The notes under the pieces were generated by a model, which worked only from the letters and a program-made list of their open reading frames with translations, was not told where the DNA came from and ran no database searches. Of a stretch of 64,000 nucleotides of DNA, positions 9,970-20,581 are shown piece after piece (position 1 is the first letter of the stretch; the number at the start of each line of letters is the position of its first letter). The translations under genes and the position numbers were made by a program. Source of the stretch: Candidatus Velthaea sp. (GTDB taxonomy: Bacteria > Vulcanimicrobiota > Vulcanimicrobiia > Vulcanimicrobiales > Vulcanimicrobiaceae); the NCBI GenBank assembly GCA_965214935.1, contig CBDCCS010000022.1, positions 480,001-544,000 of the forward strand. The letters run 5' to 3'.

Positions 9970-11001
9970 TTACGACTGTCCCTCGTACCGGCTATTTCCG
10001 AGATACGGATGCACGCTGTCTTTGGTGACGAATTTCAAACCGGTATCGCTGTCGGCCGGTGACATAAGCGTGCCGGATGCTTTGGCCAAATACATTTGCA
10101 GCACCGGATAATACCCTTGCAGATACGGCTGCTGATCGATGGTGAAGTCGAGATTACCGGCGTTGATGGCACTGAGCGTACCGGGCAACAGATCGTAGCC
10201 TCCGGTGCCGACCTTCTTAGCACTCAAGCCATACTTCTTCGAGATGATTCCGATCGCTTCAGTACTGCCGCCGTCGACGGCAAACAACCCGTTCACGTTC
10301 TTGTGGCCGTTATAATAGGACTCGACCGTCGAACGCTCTTGCGTTACGAGTGCACCGGTAGCAACTTGCTCGAACGTGATGTTTTTGCCCGACTTCTTCA
10401 ATGAGTCGATCGCGCCGTCGATGCGCGGCTGCAGATTGAGCGAGCCGGGGGTGGCGATGAAAAGCGCGACATGGCCGCCGCTAGACACGAGCGAGGCGAT
10501 GCGCTGACCCATGAGCTGTCCGGATTTGAAGAGATCCTGACCGATGTACGCCTGACGCTTATTATGACTCGACGCCGGCGCATCGGCATTATAGCCGACC
10601 ACCGGAATACCGGCGGCCAGCGCCTGTCCGACAACACCGTTAAACGCCGTCGCATCGACAAGACACAGCGCAATGCCGTCGGCTTTGTTGTTGATCGCCG
10701 TCTGCATGGCGCGCACCATCTCGCTCACGTTACTGGTCTCAGAACCGGTCCAGCGATACGAGCAACCGACGAGTGCGCAGGCATCGGTCGCACCGTATTG
10801 CGTCGCGGTGAAGAACGGATTCGTCGTTACGTGATTGACGAAAACGAATTTGTAGTCGGTTTTACCGGCCGCGCGCGCGGGCAAAGCGGCCGCCGCGATT
10901 GCCGCGGCGCCGGCGGCGCCGAGGAGTGATGCCCGGCTCAGTGCCGACCGGTTGGGAACGGCGCCGCCCACGGGCGCAACAGAATCGAGATCGTCTAACA
11001 A
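9970..11001 (-). CDS. Sugar ABC substrate-binding protein (RbsB-like)
   Basis: NPFF, GYNAD, YIGQD and IDQQPYLQGY. Probable TTG start at 11001 after GGAG. Tat-like leader LSRASLLGAAG. The ORF-track start at 11106 is probably too far upstream. Confidence 0.85.
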   Translation of the reverse strand: MLDDLDSVAPVGGAVPNRSALSRASLLGAAGAAAIAAAALPARAAGKTDYKFVFVNHVTTNPFFTATQYGATDACALVGCSYRWTGSETSNVSEMVRAMQTAINNKADGIALCLVDATAFNGVVGQALAAGIPVVGYNADAPASSHNKRQAYIGQDLFKSGQLMGQRIASLVSSGGHVALFIATPGSLNLQPRIDGAIDSLKKSGKNITFEQVATGALVTQERSTVESYYNGHKNVNGLFAVDGGSTEAIGIISKKYGLSAKKVGTGGYDLLPGTLSAINAGNLDFTIDQQPYLQGYYPVLQMYLAKASGTLMSPADSDTGLKFVTKDSVHPYLGNSRYEGQS

Positions 11002-11259
11002 GCTCGTTATATCTCCATAAACGTTCGGCGAGTGCCGAACTTCCGCAAGTCGTCCGCACCGTTCAGCGCTGCGATCCTCACGTATCGTCCACATCAACGA
11101 ACGCACGGAGATTCAAAGTTCCTAAATCACGCCGAATTCAGGTAGAGTTCTTCCGCACAGGTGCGGGATCAAATAGGTAAATCCTTTACATAAGCGAGCC
11201 GCTTCACGGAGCGTTCCCCCGTGCGGCGACCGTTCGGTGCCAAGCCGCCCTCGCGCGGG

Positions 11260-11550
11260 CCGGCTATAACGCGTCGGGTTGCTCGAAGGCGACGAACCGT
11301 ACAAGCGATACGCGCGCCCAACCGCCGATCGTGGACGGCGTGCGCCACGCTTAGCCCGCCGCTCGAGAGCGCTCGAATCGCCAACCGCCGATCTTCGCGT
11401 TGTTTACCGTCCAGGCCACCTTGCAGCGCCTTTGCAATAGCCTGGAACTCGTCGTCATAGGCTATGCGCGTATCGTCGCCGGCTCGCGCCGTCTCGAGCG
11501 AAAGCGTCGGCAGCGCACACGAGCTAGCCAGATCGACCCGACGCTTAAGC
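11260..11550 (-). pseudogene. C-terminal remnant of a TetR/AcrR-family regulator
   Basis: Minus-frame peptide RVDLASSCALPTLSLETARAGDDTRIAYDDEFQAIAKAL...GGLSVAHAVHDRRLGARIA resembles a TetR C-terminal domain. No HTH or start codon. Boundaries approximate. Confidence 0.55.
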
Positions 11551-11964
11551 CGATATGGTCCGTGGGCAGTTATCACCGGTGCCTCGTCGGGCATCGGTCG
11601 TGCAACGGCCTTGCGGCTCGGCAAGTCCAGCCTCAACGTGGTGCTCGTAGGCCGGCGCCGCGCCTTGCTCACTGGCGTTGCTGCAGAGATTGCGCGTTCA
11701 ACGAACATCGAGACACGGGTCGTCGTAGCGGATCTCGCTACGTCGGTCGGGCTTAAGACGGTTGAAGACACGTGCGATAGTTTAGATATCGGATTGTTTG
11801 TCGCCGCCGCCGGCTTTGGAACGTCGGGCGCATTCCTCACCGTAAACCCTCGTTTCCGAACTCGAGATGCTGGCCGTAGATTGCGGCGTGCTCATTTGCG
11901 AACTCGCATCATGGCGCGAGTGATGGGCGAGATGACCAAGCATCAGCGAAAATCGTCACGCTAA
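11545..11964 (+). pseudogene. Degenerate short-chain dehydrogenase
   Basis: YGPWAVITGASSGIG...AAAGFG. Frameshift near 11845 (ELEMLAVDCG lies in another frame). No YxxxK catalytic region. Confidence 0.75.
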
Positions 11965-12017
11965 CTCGGCGCGATGCAGAGCGTCGGTTCCGTTGCATTC
12001 CGTTACCGCCGATAGAC

Positions 12018-12312
12018 TTAAATCAACACTGTTGCTACTGCATACGCACCAAGGATGCGATCGGCGGTGACGATCGTCAAGCTCTCGACCTCTGCCTGAG
12101 CAACGATCATGCGATCGAACGGATAGCGGTGACTGTGAGGCAGCAATGCAAGCGCGTTAAGGTGTGCCGTCTCACGATCGAGCAAACCGAAACGTTGCCG
12201 CTCCAGTTGCTTCTGCACGTAACTGCCAGGCTTGGTGCTCGCAATCGATACGAAGACGCGCGTATAAACGTTCTCAACGTCGCGCCGCAACGCGCCGGGT
12301 ATCCGGACGCTA
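12018..12312 (-). pseudogene. vapC: Eroded PIN-domain (VapC) toxin
   Basis: LPHSHRYPFDRMIVAQAEVESLTIVTAD retained. The N-terminal LLDTH motif and start codon are missing, the WEIAIK segment is missing, and HRDPFDR reads HRYPFDR. Confidence 0.75.
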
Positions 12313-12552
12313 TTACCTAGCTTCGAAAGCTTTTTGCATGTCGTCCGGTAGCGGGTCATCGGAATCGTCGGGAATCGTAGAGTCGCCGCGGCCAATCCCA
12401 AATCCCCGATTGGGCGACGGCGGTACGACTTCTTGTAACGGCACAATCCGAGCGATCGGATAACCGTGCCGCGATAGAATGATTTCTTCACCACGTGGTG
12501 CACGAGCCGCCAGTTGGGACAGTTGAGCCTTAGCTTCGGCAATTACGACCAT
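12313..12552 (-). CDS. Phd/YefM-family antitoxin
   Basis: IAEAKAQLSQL...GEEIILSRHGYPIARIVP with an acidic tail DDPLPDD. 79 aa. Confidence 0.85.
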   Translation of the reverse strand: MVVIAEAKAQLSQLAARAPRGEEIILSRHGYPIARIVPLQEVVPPSPNRGFGIGRGDSTIPDDSDDPLPDDMQKAFEAR

Positions 12553-12560
12553 GCCGCCCG

Positions 12561-12588
12561 ACTCTAGCCAGATGACCAAGTTGGTCAA
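12561..12588 (-). promoter_or_regulatory. TA promoter with palindromic operator
   Basis: Perfect inverted repeat TGACCAA-G-TTGGTCA (12573-12587) overlaps a minus-strand TTGACC-16bp-TAGAGT promoter just upstream of the antitoxin ATG. Confidence 0.65.
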
Positions 12589-12704
12589 ATCGTGTAAACG
12601 CTGTACCACGATCAACAGCGGGCGACTTCGTCCGACCAGGGTTGAGTCGAGGCGCTTTTCTAATAAGGCCACGTATGAATCGCACTCAAATCGCGAACCC
12701 GTGA

Positions 12705-14198
12705 ATGGCGACGCACACGATTGGGATCGACCTCGGCACCACCGGGGCACGCGCGGTTCGGATCGATGACCGCGGAACGCTCGTAGCAAGCGAAACGGCG
12801 CCGTATCTGCTCTTAACTCCGCAACCCGGCTGGACCGAGCAAGAACCCGAGAACTGGTGGACGGCAGCACAGACCGCAATACGCTCCGTCGTTGCGGCGC
12901 ACGAAGCGCCGATCGGCGCCGTCGGCGTGACCGGTCAGATGCACGGCGCCGTTTTCCTCGATGAACGGCACCACTCGATCCGCCCGGCGATTTTATGGAA
13001 CGACCAGCGCACCGCAGCCGCGGCGCAGATCATCGATGAGGTCGTCGGCCGCAGCCGGTTGGCGCGCATCACGGGTAACCGCGCGCTGACCGGCTTTCAA
13101 GCCCCCAAGATCGTCTGGTTGCGCGAAGCTGAGCCGGAAAATTACGCGCGCGTTCGCGCCGTCGTGTTACCGAAAGATTTTCTCCGCCTGCGTCTGACGG
13201 ATACGCTCGGTTCGGATGTGTCCGATGCGTCCGGAACGCTGCTGTTGGACTTGACGACACGCACGTGGTCAAACGAGATCTTGCGCGACCTCGATTTTCC
13301 CGAAGCGTGGTTTGCACCCGTCGCCGAGAGTCCGTCCATTACCGCGCACATCTCCGAAGACGGCGCACGAGCGACGGGCCTTAAAGCCGGCACTCCGGTC
13401 GTCGCGGGGGCCGGCGACAACGCGGCCGCCGCGATCGGGAGCGGCGTCGTTCGCGGCGGCGCCGGATTGGTCTCGCTCGGCACGTCAGGCGTCGTCCTGG
13501 CACATAGCGATCGCGCGGTCGTGGATCCCACCGGTGCACTGCACGCATTCTGCGCAGCCGTGCCGGGCGGCTATCACTTAATGGGCGTGATGCTATCGGC
13601 GGGCGGCAGTCTACGCTGGTTGCGCGATGCATTCAGTTCGCCCGGAGAATCGTACGATGCACTCGTCGCGCCGGCGCGCGACGTTGCGGCGGGCGCGCAA
13701 GGATTGCAGTTTCTACCGTATTTATCCGGCGAACGGACTCCGCATATGGACCCCGACGCCCGCGGCGCCTTTCTCGGACTTAGCTTGGCACACACGCGGG
13801 CGCATCTCGTGCGCGCCGTGCTCGAAGGCGTTGCGTTCGGGCTCAATGAGGGTTTGACACGCATGCGAGCCCTCGACACGGAGCCGGCCGAGTTGATTGC
13901 GACCGGTAACGGGATGTCCAATCCGACCTGGCGCGCGATTATCGCAGCCGTACTCGACCGGCCGTTGAGGCGACTCCTCGTCGACGAAGGTCCGGCGTTC
14001 GGCGCAGCATTATTAGCCGCCGTCGGCATCGGTACGTTTGCGTCCGTTGAAGATACGGCGCAAGTTGTCGAGTTGGCCGCACACGCCGATCGGCCGGAGC
14101 CCGAACTGGTAACCATCTACAAACGGGAATACGAGCGATTCACGCGCGCGTATCCGGCGTTGCGCGCGATGCGCGATTCCGTCGCCGTCCTTTCTTAG
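12705..14198 (+). CDS. xylB: Xylulokinase (FGGY family)
   Basis: GIDLGTTG, TGQMHG, ILWNDQR, LPKD, SDASGT, GDNAA, SLGTSG and PYLSGERTP. Confidence 0.9.
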   Translation: MATHTIGIDLGTTGARAVRIDDRGTLVASETAPYLLLTPQPGWTEQEPENWWTAAQTAIRSVVAAHEAPIGAVGVTGQMHGAVFLDERHHSIRPAILWNDQRTAAAAQIIDEVVGRSRLARITGNRALTGFQAPKIVWLREAEPENYARVRAVVLPKDFLRLRLTDTLGSDVSDASGTLLLDLTTRTWSNEILRDLDFPEAWFAPVAESPSITAHISEDGARATGLKAGTPVVAGAGDNAAAAIGSGVVRGGAGLVSLGTSGVVLAHSDRAVVDPTGALHAFCAAVPGGYHLMGVMLSAGGSLRWLRDAFSSPGESYDALVAPARDVAAGAQGLQFLPYLSGERTPHMDPDARGAFLGLSLAHTRAHLVRAVLEGVAFGLNEGLTRMRALDTEPAELIATGNGMSNPTWRAIIAAVLDRPLRRLLVDEGPAFGAALLAAVGIGTFASVEDTAQVVELAAHADRPEPELVTIYKREYERFTRAYPALRAMRDSVAVLS

Positions 14199-14220
14199 TC
14201 ACTTGTCAGAGGAGACGATT

Positions 14221-15270
14221 ATGGTAGAAACCGCGATGCGCGTTGCCGTCCTCGAGCGCCAAAACGTCATGTCGATGCAAGAACGCCGGCGGCCGGAGCC
14301 CGGACCGAACGACGTCCTCGTGCGCGTGCACCGGGTCGGCGTTTGCGGATCGGACGTGCATTACTATACGCACGGCCGGATCGGCGGATTTATCGTTGAA
14401 AAGCCGATCGTGCTCGGGCACGAGATGGCGGGCGTCATCGAAGATGTCGGGCCGGGCGTTGACCGCAGCCGGATCGGCGAACGCGTCGCCGTTGAACCCG
14501 GTGTTCCGGATCGCACCTGTGAATGGTGCCGGCGCGGCCGCTATAATTTGTGTCCGAACGTCGTGTTCATGGCGACGCCGCCGTACGACGGCGCACTCGC
14601 CGATTACATCGTCTCGCCGAGCGATTTCGCGTTCGCGTTGCCCGACAACGTTTCGCTCGACGAAGGCGCGATGATGGAACCGCTGTCGGTCGGCGTGTAT
14701 GCGATTCACCGCAGCGGCCTCAAAGCCGGGGATACGGTTGCCGTGTTCGGCGCGGGCCCGATCGGCTTGGTGACGCTGCAAGTCGCGCGCGCAGCAGGCG
14801 CGGGCGCCATTACCGTCATCGATTTGGAGCCGGGGCGTCTTGCGACGGCCAAGCGGCTGGGTGCAACAACGATCATCAATGCCAAGGAGACCAATGCCGT
14901 CGAGGCGCTCATGGCCGGAACCGGCAACCGCGGCGTCGACATCGTTTTCGAGGCAGCCGGAAACGCACGGACGGCCGGCGATGCAGTCCGTATCGCTAAG
15001 CGCGGCGGTAAGGTCGTCATGATCGGCCTGCCGCCCGAAGACAACTTCCCGTATCCGCTCGTTTACGCCATGGCGCGCGAAATCGACATCTTCACCGTCT
15101 TCCGTTACGCAAATGTCTATCCGGCGGCGATCGCACTCGTTGCCGAAGGCCGCGTTGATACGAAGTCGCTCATCACGCACCGTTTTCCGCTCGAGAAAGC
15201 CGAAGACGCATTGTTGCTGTCCGATTCACGCGCCGACGGCGTCATCAAAGCGATGGTTGAAGTCGCATGA
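14221..15270 (+). CDS. Zn-dependent sorbitol/xylitol dehydrogenase
   Basis: GVCGSDVHYY, LGHE, GAGPIG and FRYANVYP. ATG at 14221 with a GAGGAG RBS. Confidence 0.9.
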   Translation: MVETAMRVAVLERQNVMSMQERRRPEPGPNDVLVRVHRVGVCGSDVHYYTHGRIGGFIVEKPIVLGHEMAGVIEDVGPGVDRSRIGERVAVEPGVPDRTCEWCRRGRYNLCPNVVFMATPPYDGALADYIVSPSDFAFALPDNVSLDEGAMMEPLSVGVYAIHRSGLKAGDTVAVFGAGPIGLVTLQVARAAGAGAITVIDLEPGRLATAKRLGATTIINAKETNAVEALMAGTGNRGVDIVFEAAGNARTAGDAVRIAKRGGKVVMIGLPPEDNFPYPLVYAMAREIDIFTVFRYANVYPAAIALVAEGRVDTKSLITHRFPLEKAEDALLLSDSRADGVIKAMVEVA

Positions 15271-16052
15271 CGCAAACGCATGCGGCGTTGCAGCCCGCGG
15301 ACTTTTTGTTGACCGGAAAGCGCGCGGTGGTGACCGGCGCGAGTCGTGGACTCGGCTGGGACATTTCGATTGCACTTGCTGAATACGGCGCCGACGTCGT
15401 CGGCTTCGCGCGGACCGAAAACGAACTTTCGGCGCTCCAAACGGAGATTGAAACGCGCGGGCGGCGTTTCGTCGGTGTCATCGGCGGCGTCGATGACACG
15501 GCGGCCGTCGACGCGCTCGTGCAACGCGTCGATGCGGAGTTCGGCGGTGTCGACATCCTGGTCAATAATGCCGGCATTTCTACAGTCGAACCGGCAGTCG
15601 ACATTACGCACGCGACGTGGGACAAACAACTCGCGGTTAATTTGAGCGGAGCGTTCTTCTGCGCGCAAGCACTCGGGCGCGGCATGATCGCACGCGGATA
15701 TGGCCGCATCATCAACGTCACGTCGATCGCGGGCATCGTCGGCATGCTCGATCACGCCGCTTACGTGACGACCAAAGGCGGTTTAAACGCCTTAACGCAG
15801 TCGCTGGCGGTCGAATGGGGGCCGCACGGACTTACCGTCAATGCGATCGCGCCGACGGTCGTGTTAACGCCGATGGGCGAACGCGTCTGGGGTGCGCCCG
15901 AAAAGGGCGGTCCGATGAAAGCCAAAATTCCGATTGGGCGCTTCGGTAAACCGCGCGAAGTTGCAGCGGCTTGCGTGTATCTCGCTTCGGATGCGGCGGG
16001 CTTGATTAACGGCCACGTGCTCGTTCTCGACGGCGGTTACACCGCAGCGTAA
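15267..16052 (+). CDS. Short-chain dehydrogenase (D-threitol dehydrogenase / L-xylulose reductase-like)
   Basis: TGASRGLG, NNAG, YVTTK and PTVVLTPMG. Confidence 0.85.
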   Translation: MTQTHAALQPADFLLTGKRAVVTGASRGLGWDISIALAEYGADVVGFARTENELSALQTEIETRGRRFVGVIGGVDDTAAVDALVQRVDAEFGGVDILVNNAGISTVEPAVDITHATWDKQLAVNLSGAFFCAQALGRGMIARGYGRIINVTSIAGIVGMLDHAAYVTTKGGLNALTQSLAVEWGPHGLTVNAIAPTVVLTPMGERVWGAPEKGGPMKAKIPIGRFGKPREVAAACVYLASDAAGLINGHVLVLDGGYTAA

Positions 16053-16112
16053 TCGCGCTGCTTCTTGGCGTTCGCCGGATTGTTTACGGCAGCACCCGAG
16101 GTTAAGAATCGT

Positions 16113-17630
16113 ATGAACGACTCGACCGGCGATGTTGTGCTGGGCATCGACGCCGGCACCGGCGGACTTCGAGCCGGCTTATTCGACTTGAGCGGCGCGC
16201 CGCTCAGCATTGCCGACCGTGGCTATACGACGAGGTATCCGCAGCCGGGCTGGGCCGAGCAACATCCGCAAGACTGGTGGGATGCGCTCGTTGGTGCGGT
16301 GCGTGAGGCGCTCGCACAAAGCGGCATCGACGGCCGTCGAGTCATCGGCTTAGCCGTCGATGCGCCATGCGACATCCTGCTCGCCGACGAAGCCGGCACG
16401 CCGTTGACCGACGCGCTGATGTGGATGGATCTGCGCGGCGCCGAACAGGCTCGGCGGCTTACCGATTCGCATTCAGCGGTGCTGCGGTATTGCGGCGGCG
16501 TCGTTCCCGCCGAATGGCCGTTGCCCAAAACGTTGTGGTTGAAAGAAAACGCGCACGCGACGTGGTCGGCCGCGACGCGGCTGGTCGAGCAGATGACGTG
16601 GCTCACCTGGAAGTTAACCGGCGAGTGGATTGCGCCGCTCAATAGCGCTTCGGCAAAGTGGCACTATCGTAGCGGCTGGCCGACGGATTTACTGCACGCC
16701 GTCGGGCTCGACGACGCGCTCGAGAAACTGCCGCATACGGTCGTCCCGATGGGTGGCCGCGGCGGCGATCTGTCGGATAGCGCGGCCAACGCGCTCGGGT
16801 TACAACCGGGCATTGCCGTTGCAATGACGGGGATCGACGCGCACGTCGGGATGGCCGGCATCGATGTCCTTGCACCGGGATCGCTCGCGCTCATCACCGG
16901 AACGTCGACGTGTCAGATGGCGCAGTCGCGCGAAGCGGTCTTTGATGCCGGTTTATGGGGACCGTTTGAGGATGCCGTTGTCGGCGGCGACTGGACGATC
17001 GAAGCGGGCCAAGCCAGTACCGGCGGCACGGTTCGCTGGCTGCTCGATCTCGTCGGTGGGCGCTGGTCGGCTGCCGAACGCTATCAACTCGCCGATGAAG
17101 CCGCGGCGGCTGCCGGGCCCGGTGCCGACGGTTTGACGCTGCTCGATTATTGGCAAGGCAGCCGGACGCCGGTGCGCGATCCCGCTGCGCGCGGTACGCT
17201 GTGGGGCCTAACGACCGGTCATGGTGCCGGTCATCTTCTCCGCGCCGTCTACGAGGGCACCGCATATGGTAACAAGCGAATTCTCGACACCCTTGCCGAG
17301 GTTGGGGTGCCGACGCAACGGATTGTCGCGTGCGGCGGCGGCGTACGCAGCCGTTTGTGGTTGCAGATTCTCGCCGACGTTGCCGGATTACCGATCGAAT
17401 TGACCACCGTCGACGACGCAGTCGCCTTGGGCAGCGCGATCTGCGCGGCCGTTGCGGCCGGTGCGTTTCCAAGCTTAGCTGCAGCGGCTTCAGCGATGGT
17501 GCACATGGCCGAGCGTATCGAGCCGAACGCCGCGTTGCATGATGTCTATGAGGAGGGTTATCAGCTGTATCGCGCGACCTACGAAGCGCTCGCGCCGTTG
17601 TACGCACGTTCGGCCCTGCGATCTCCGTAA
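16113..17630 (+). CDS. FGGY carbohydrate kinase (ribulokinase-like)
   Basis: GIDAGTGG, WMDLR, IDAH, GTSTC and DYWQGSRTP. Confidence 0.88.
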   Translation: MNDSTGDVVLGIDAGTGGLRAGLFDLSGAPLSIADRGYTTRYPQPGWAEQHPQDWWDALVGAVREALAQSGIDGRRVIGLAVDAPCDILLADEAGTPLTDALMWMDLRGAEQARRLTDSHSAVLRYCGGVVPAEWPLPKTLWLKENAHATWSAATRLVEQMTWLTWKLTGEWIAPLNSASAKWHYRSGWPTDLLHAVGLDDALEKLPHTVVPMGGRGGDLSDSAANALGLQPGIAVAMTGIDAHVGMAGIDVLAPGSLALITGTSTCQMAQSREAVFDAGLWGPFEDAVVGGDWTIEAGQASTGGTVRWLLDLVGGRWSAAERYQLADEAAAAAGPGADGLTLLDYWQGSRTPVRDPAARGTLWGLTTGHGAGHLLRAVYEGTAYGNKRILDTLAEVGVPTQRIVACGGGVRSRLWLQILADVAGLPIELTTVDDAVALGSAICAAVAAGAFPSLAAAASAMVHMAERIEPNAALHDVYEEGYQLYRATYEALAPLYARSALRSP

Positions 17631-17706
17631 GCTGCGCTACAACGTTTTCTGTAAGACATGTGATCAAGAGCCGCTCGAAAACGAGCAGCTCTTTTTCGTT
17701 GACGCG

Positions 17707-19050
17707 CTATTCGGCGATCGAGAAGAGTACGCCCGACGACATCGCGCCCCCGGCAGTGGTGGTGCCGTACAGATAATTGTCCCCACCGTCGAGCAGTGCG
17801 CCTTGCGGCGTTGCGCCGTCGGTTCCCTTAAAGTCGTGGATGTCGCTGAACGTACCGCCACTGGTAATCTCGAAAACGGTGCCGAATTGACCGCTTGCAC
17901 CGCCCGACGTCGTGGTTCCGTAAATAGCGCCGTTGAATGCTACGGTCAGTTGAGCGGAAGGCGACGCACCCGTCGCGCCGTTACCGAAATCATAGATGAC
18001 CTTGGACGTTGTTCCGCCGCGGGCGATTTTAAACACAACGCCGTTACCGGCGGATCCGCCGACGGACGTCGTTCCATACAAATTACCATTGAGATCCGTC
18101 GAGAGTTTGGCGGTCGGGACTGCGCCGTCGGCGCCGCCGCTAAAGGTGTGGAGTGTTTGTAATTGGCCGGCCGGTGTGATGCGAAAGATCGTTCCCGAGC
18201 CGCCGGCAGCGCCGGTCGACGTCGTACCGTATAAATACGGGGAGACATACTGCTTATTTTCGGACGGAATCATGCGATCGACGACAGCACTAAGCGGCCC
18301 GGTACGAGCGCTATTGGCTTTGCCGCCTCGGTCGACGCGTAACGCCAGACCGGCTTGCGGCGAACCTCCGTCAGCACCGCCGGTAAACGTATATATTGTC
18401 GAGAATACACCCGAGGACGTCACGCGATAGACGGTGCCATAACCGGACGCTCCGCCGGACGTGGTACCATAATAATTGCCGTCGGTAAACTGGGTGAGCC
18501 GGCCGGCCGGAAACGCTCCATCAGCACCGCCGCTAAACGTATGCACGGCGAAGGGTGGGCCATTCTTAGCGGTTGCAAACAAGGTCCCATCGCCGTCTGC
18601 GCCACCGCTGATAGCGATTCCGAGCTGAGTGTTGCCGGCTTGAAAGTACTGGCTTTCGTTATTCGCAAGACCCTCGAGCGGAACGCCACCGTCGTTGCCA
18701 CCGCTGAAGTTATAAACCGAACCGAATAGAGCCGAACCGATCGTATAGGCAAAAATCGTACCGGACAGCGCAGAGCCGCCGCCCTCGGTCTCACCGAATA
18801 TCGTGCGAATAAGACGATTGTTGGAGTAGCTCAGCGCGAGGTCGAGGTTCCCTTCAGGCGCGCTGCCGTCCGCACCGCTAAAGGCATGTAAGATGTTGAC
18901 GCCTCGCGACGCCGCCGCCCGAGGAGCAAGTGACTGCAGGCGATGCGCGACGCCGCTTGTCGGCGCCGCGATTGCGACCGCGTTCATACTCAAAGCGATC
19001 GCAGTTGCACCAAGCGCCGTCTTCACTGCGAGATAGGGTCTCAATGTCAT
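17707..19050 (-). CDS. Secreted Gloeo_Verruco (GloVer) tandem-repeat protein
   Basis: Signal peptide and repeated HxFSGGADGAxP...LYGTTxxGG..GTVF units. Confidence 0.8.
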   Translation of the reverse strand: MTLRPYLAVKTALGATAIALSMNAVAIAAPTSGVAHRLQSLAPRAAASRGVNILHAFSGADGSAPEGNLDLALSYSNNRLIRTIFGETEGGGSALSGTIFAYTIGSALFGSVYNFSGGNDGGVPLEGLANNESQYFQAGNTQLGIAISGGADGDGTLFATAKNGPPFAVHTFSGGADGAFPAGRLTQFTDGNYYGTTSGGASGYGTVYRVTSSGVFSTIYTFTGGADGGSPQAGLALRVDRGGKANSARTGPLSAVVDRMIPSENKQYVSPYLYGTTSTGAAGGSGTIFRITPAGQLQTLHTFSGGADGAVPTAKLSTDLNGNLYGTTSVGGSAGNGVVFKIARGGTTSKVIYDFGNGATGASPSAQLTVAFNGAIYGTTTSGGASGQFGTVFEITSGGTFSDIHDFKGTDGATPQGALLDGGDNYLYGTTTAGGAMSSGVLFSIAE

Positions 19051-19183
19051 GTTGCATCCTTACTTTCGATAAAGCACGACGACAATGTGAGCGGATCGAC
19101 GAAATCGAGCCGGCTGCAAACAATCTTGAGCCTCGAGCGAACGTCGGGGCTCAAGCAATGAATGGTCGGACGAGAAGCGCGAG

Positions 19184-20581
19184 CTAGACGTTAATGCAGG
19201 AGTTTGCTGCGCCTTGAATGGTCGATGCAAACGTCGAGCCGAGGCTTGAATAACCGGTTGTGCCGGAACTAACGGCCGGTTCGGCTTCGTCGACGGTTGT
19301 AATCGGTGTGGATGCACCGGGATGCTTAAAAAGCGACGGCGTCGTTAAATCTTTCTCGAGTAAACGTAATGCGGACGCTCCGTACGACGCATTCCCGGCG
19401 CTATTTGCCAACAGATAGGTGACGGCAACAATCGGATAGCCGGTCTTCGGCTGAGCATATGCCGACGGTACGAGCACCTTAACGCAACTGCCGGAACGAA
19501 CACCCGTCAAGGCTGACGTCGTCGCAGGTCCGCCACCGTATACCGTTTGATTGACCGCAACGTTCGACTGCAACGAGCTCGATGTCACGGTATTGGCAGC
19601 TGCCGGCAGACCGACGATCGGATCGTAAGCTACGTTCGTCGTAGCGTTGATGACGTCGGCATAGTTCGTGCCGCTCGCGAGCGGTAGGAGATAACCGGCT
19701 TCGGCGTAGCCGATCGCGCCGTTCACGGCTTTTATTTCAGCGATAACACCACCGTTGCCCGTTGCGCCGACGGCACTTGCCGGCAGTTTGGTATCGGCCA
19801 TGGTGAACGTCTGATTTACGCCGAAGCCGCAAGCCTTCTGAAGGTGATTGGTAAAGTTAAAGCTCGTTCCACTGCCGTCTGCGCGGTACACCGGAACGAT
19901 TCTGGTCGGATCGCTATTGTGCAATAACTGACCGAAGGTTGTGACGCCGCCGGTGTAGATGCTGCATAACTGCGCATCCGAAAGCGTGATCCGTGTAGTT
20001 TGGGCGGCATCGTGATAGTAAATTGCGATCGAGCCGTAGACCGACGGCAATTCGACAGGTTCCATCGGCGACGCGTGGTTGGAAATGTAACTGCTATACT
20101 CAGTTTGTGCCAATGGGGCATCGGTGCCCGCAAGATTTGCAAACGTTTGACGCGGCGAACCGCTGGGCGGCAGAAAACCAAACGTCGTTGCGCTCGAACC
20201 GCTCGCGGCATTCGAGCAAGGTATGTCGACGGTATTGATCGGGCCATCGAAAACGCCTTTACCTTTGCCGCTGCCCGTCGAACAGTACTCAACGTTGAAG
20301 CCGCCGGTTTGCGACGCAAAGTAACCAAAGATCGAACCGGCGACACCAACGCTCGTTTGTCCCGATGACTGATAGCCGCCATTAAGGCTTCTGCCGAGGT
20401 ATGCGGGCACCGGTAGAGTCGCGCCGCCGCCGAGGACGACGGTATTCGTGACTAAGGGACGAGCGCCGAACATGTGAAAAGTCGCCTGCGGAACTTGCGA
20501 TGCGCCGGCCGCCAAGGCCGAGCCGGCGATGAGCGCAAGCGGAACCGAGGCCGCAATTGCGCGCTTGAGTTGTCTCTTCAT
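19184..20581 (-). CDS. DING/PstS-like phosphate-binding protein
   Basis: LGGGATLP (compare DINGGGATLP), GSGKGK, GTDAPL, YRADGSGTS, GAIGY and GYPIVAVTY. Signal peptide. Confidence 0.8.
   Translation of the reverse strand: MKRQLKRAIAASVPLALIAGSALAAGASQVPQATFHMFGARPLVTNTVVLGGGATLPVPAYLGRSLNGGYQSSGQTSVGVAGSIFGYFASQTGGFNVEYCSTGSGKGKGVFDGPINTVDIPCSNAASGSSATTFGFLPPSGSPRQTFANLAGTDAPLAQTEYSSYISNHASPMEPVELPSVYGSIAIYYHDAAQTTRITLSDAQLCSIYTGGVTTFGQLLHNSDPTRIVPVYRADGSGTSFNFTNHLQKACGFGVNQTFTMADTKLPASAVGATGNGGVIAEIKAVNGAIGYAEAGYLLPLASGTNYADVINATTNVAYDPIVGLPAAANTVTSSSLQSNVAVNQTVYGGGPATTSALTGVRSGSCVKVLVPSAYAQPKTGYPIVAVTYLLANSAGNASYGASALRLLEKDLTTPSLFKHPGASTPITTVDEAEPAVSSGTTGYSSLGSTFASTIQGAANSCINV

Noticed and set aside
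14206..15180. Long antisense ORFs (also 50116-51237, 61245-62300, 53911-54840, 45545-46327)
   Set aside because: These are shadow ORFs typical of high-GC DNA, opposite or overlapping well-supported genes, with no recognisable motifs.
17707..19050. Repeats as a CRISPR or other DNA-level array
   Set aside because: The repeats are degenerate at DNA level and explained by protein repeats. There are no identical repeats with spacers and no cas genes.
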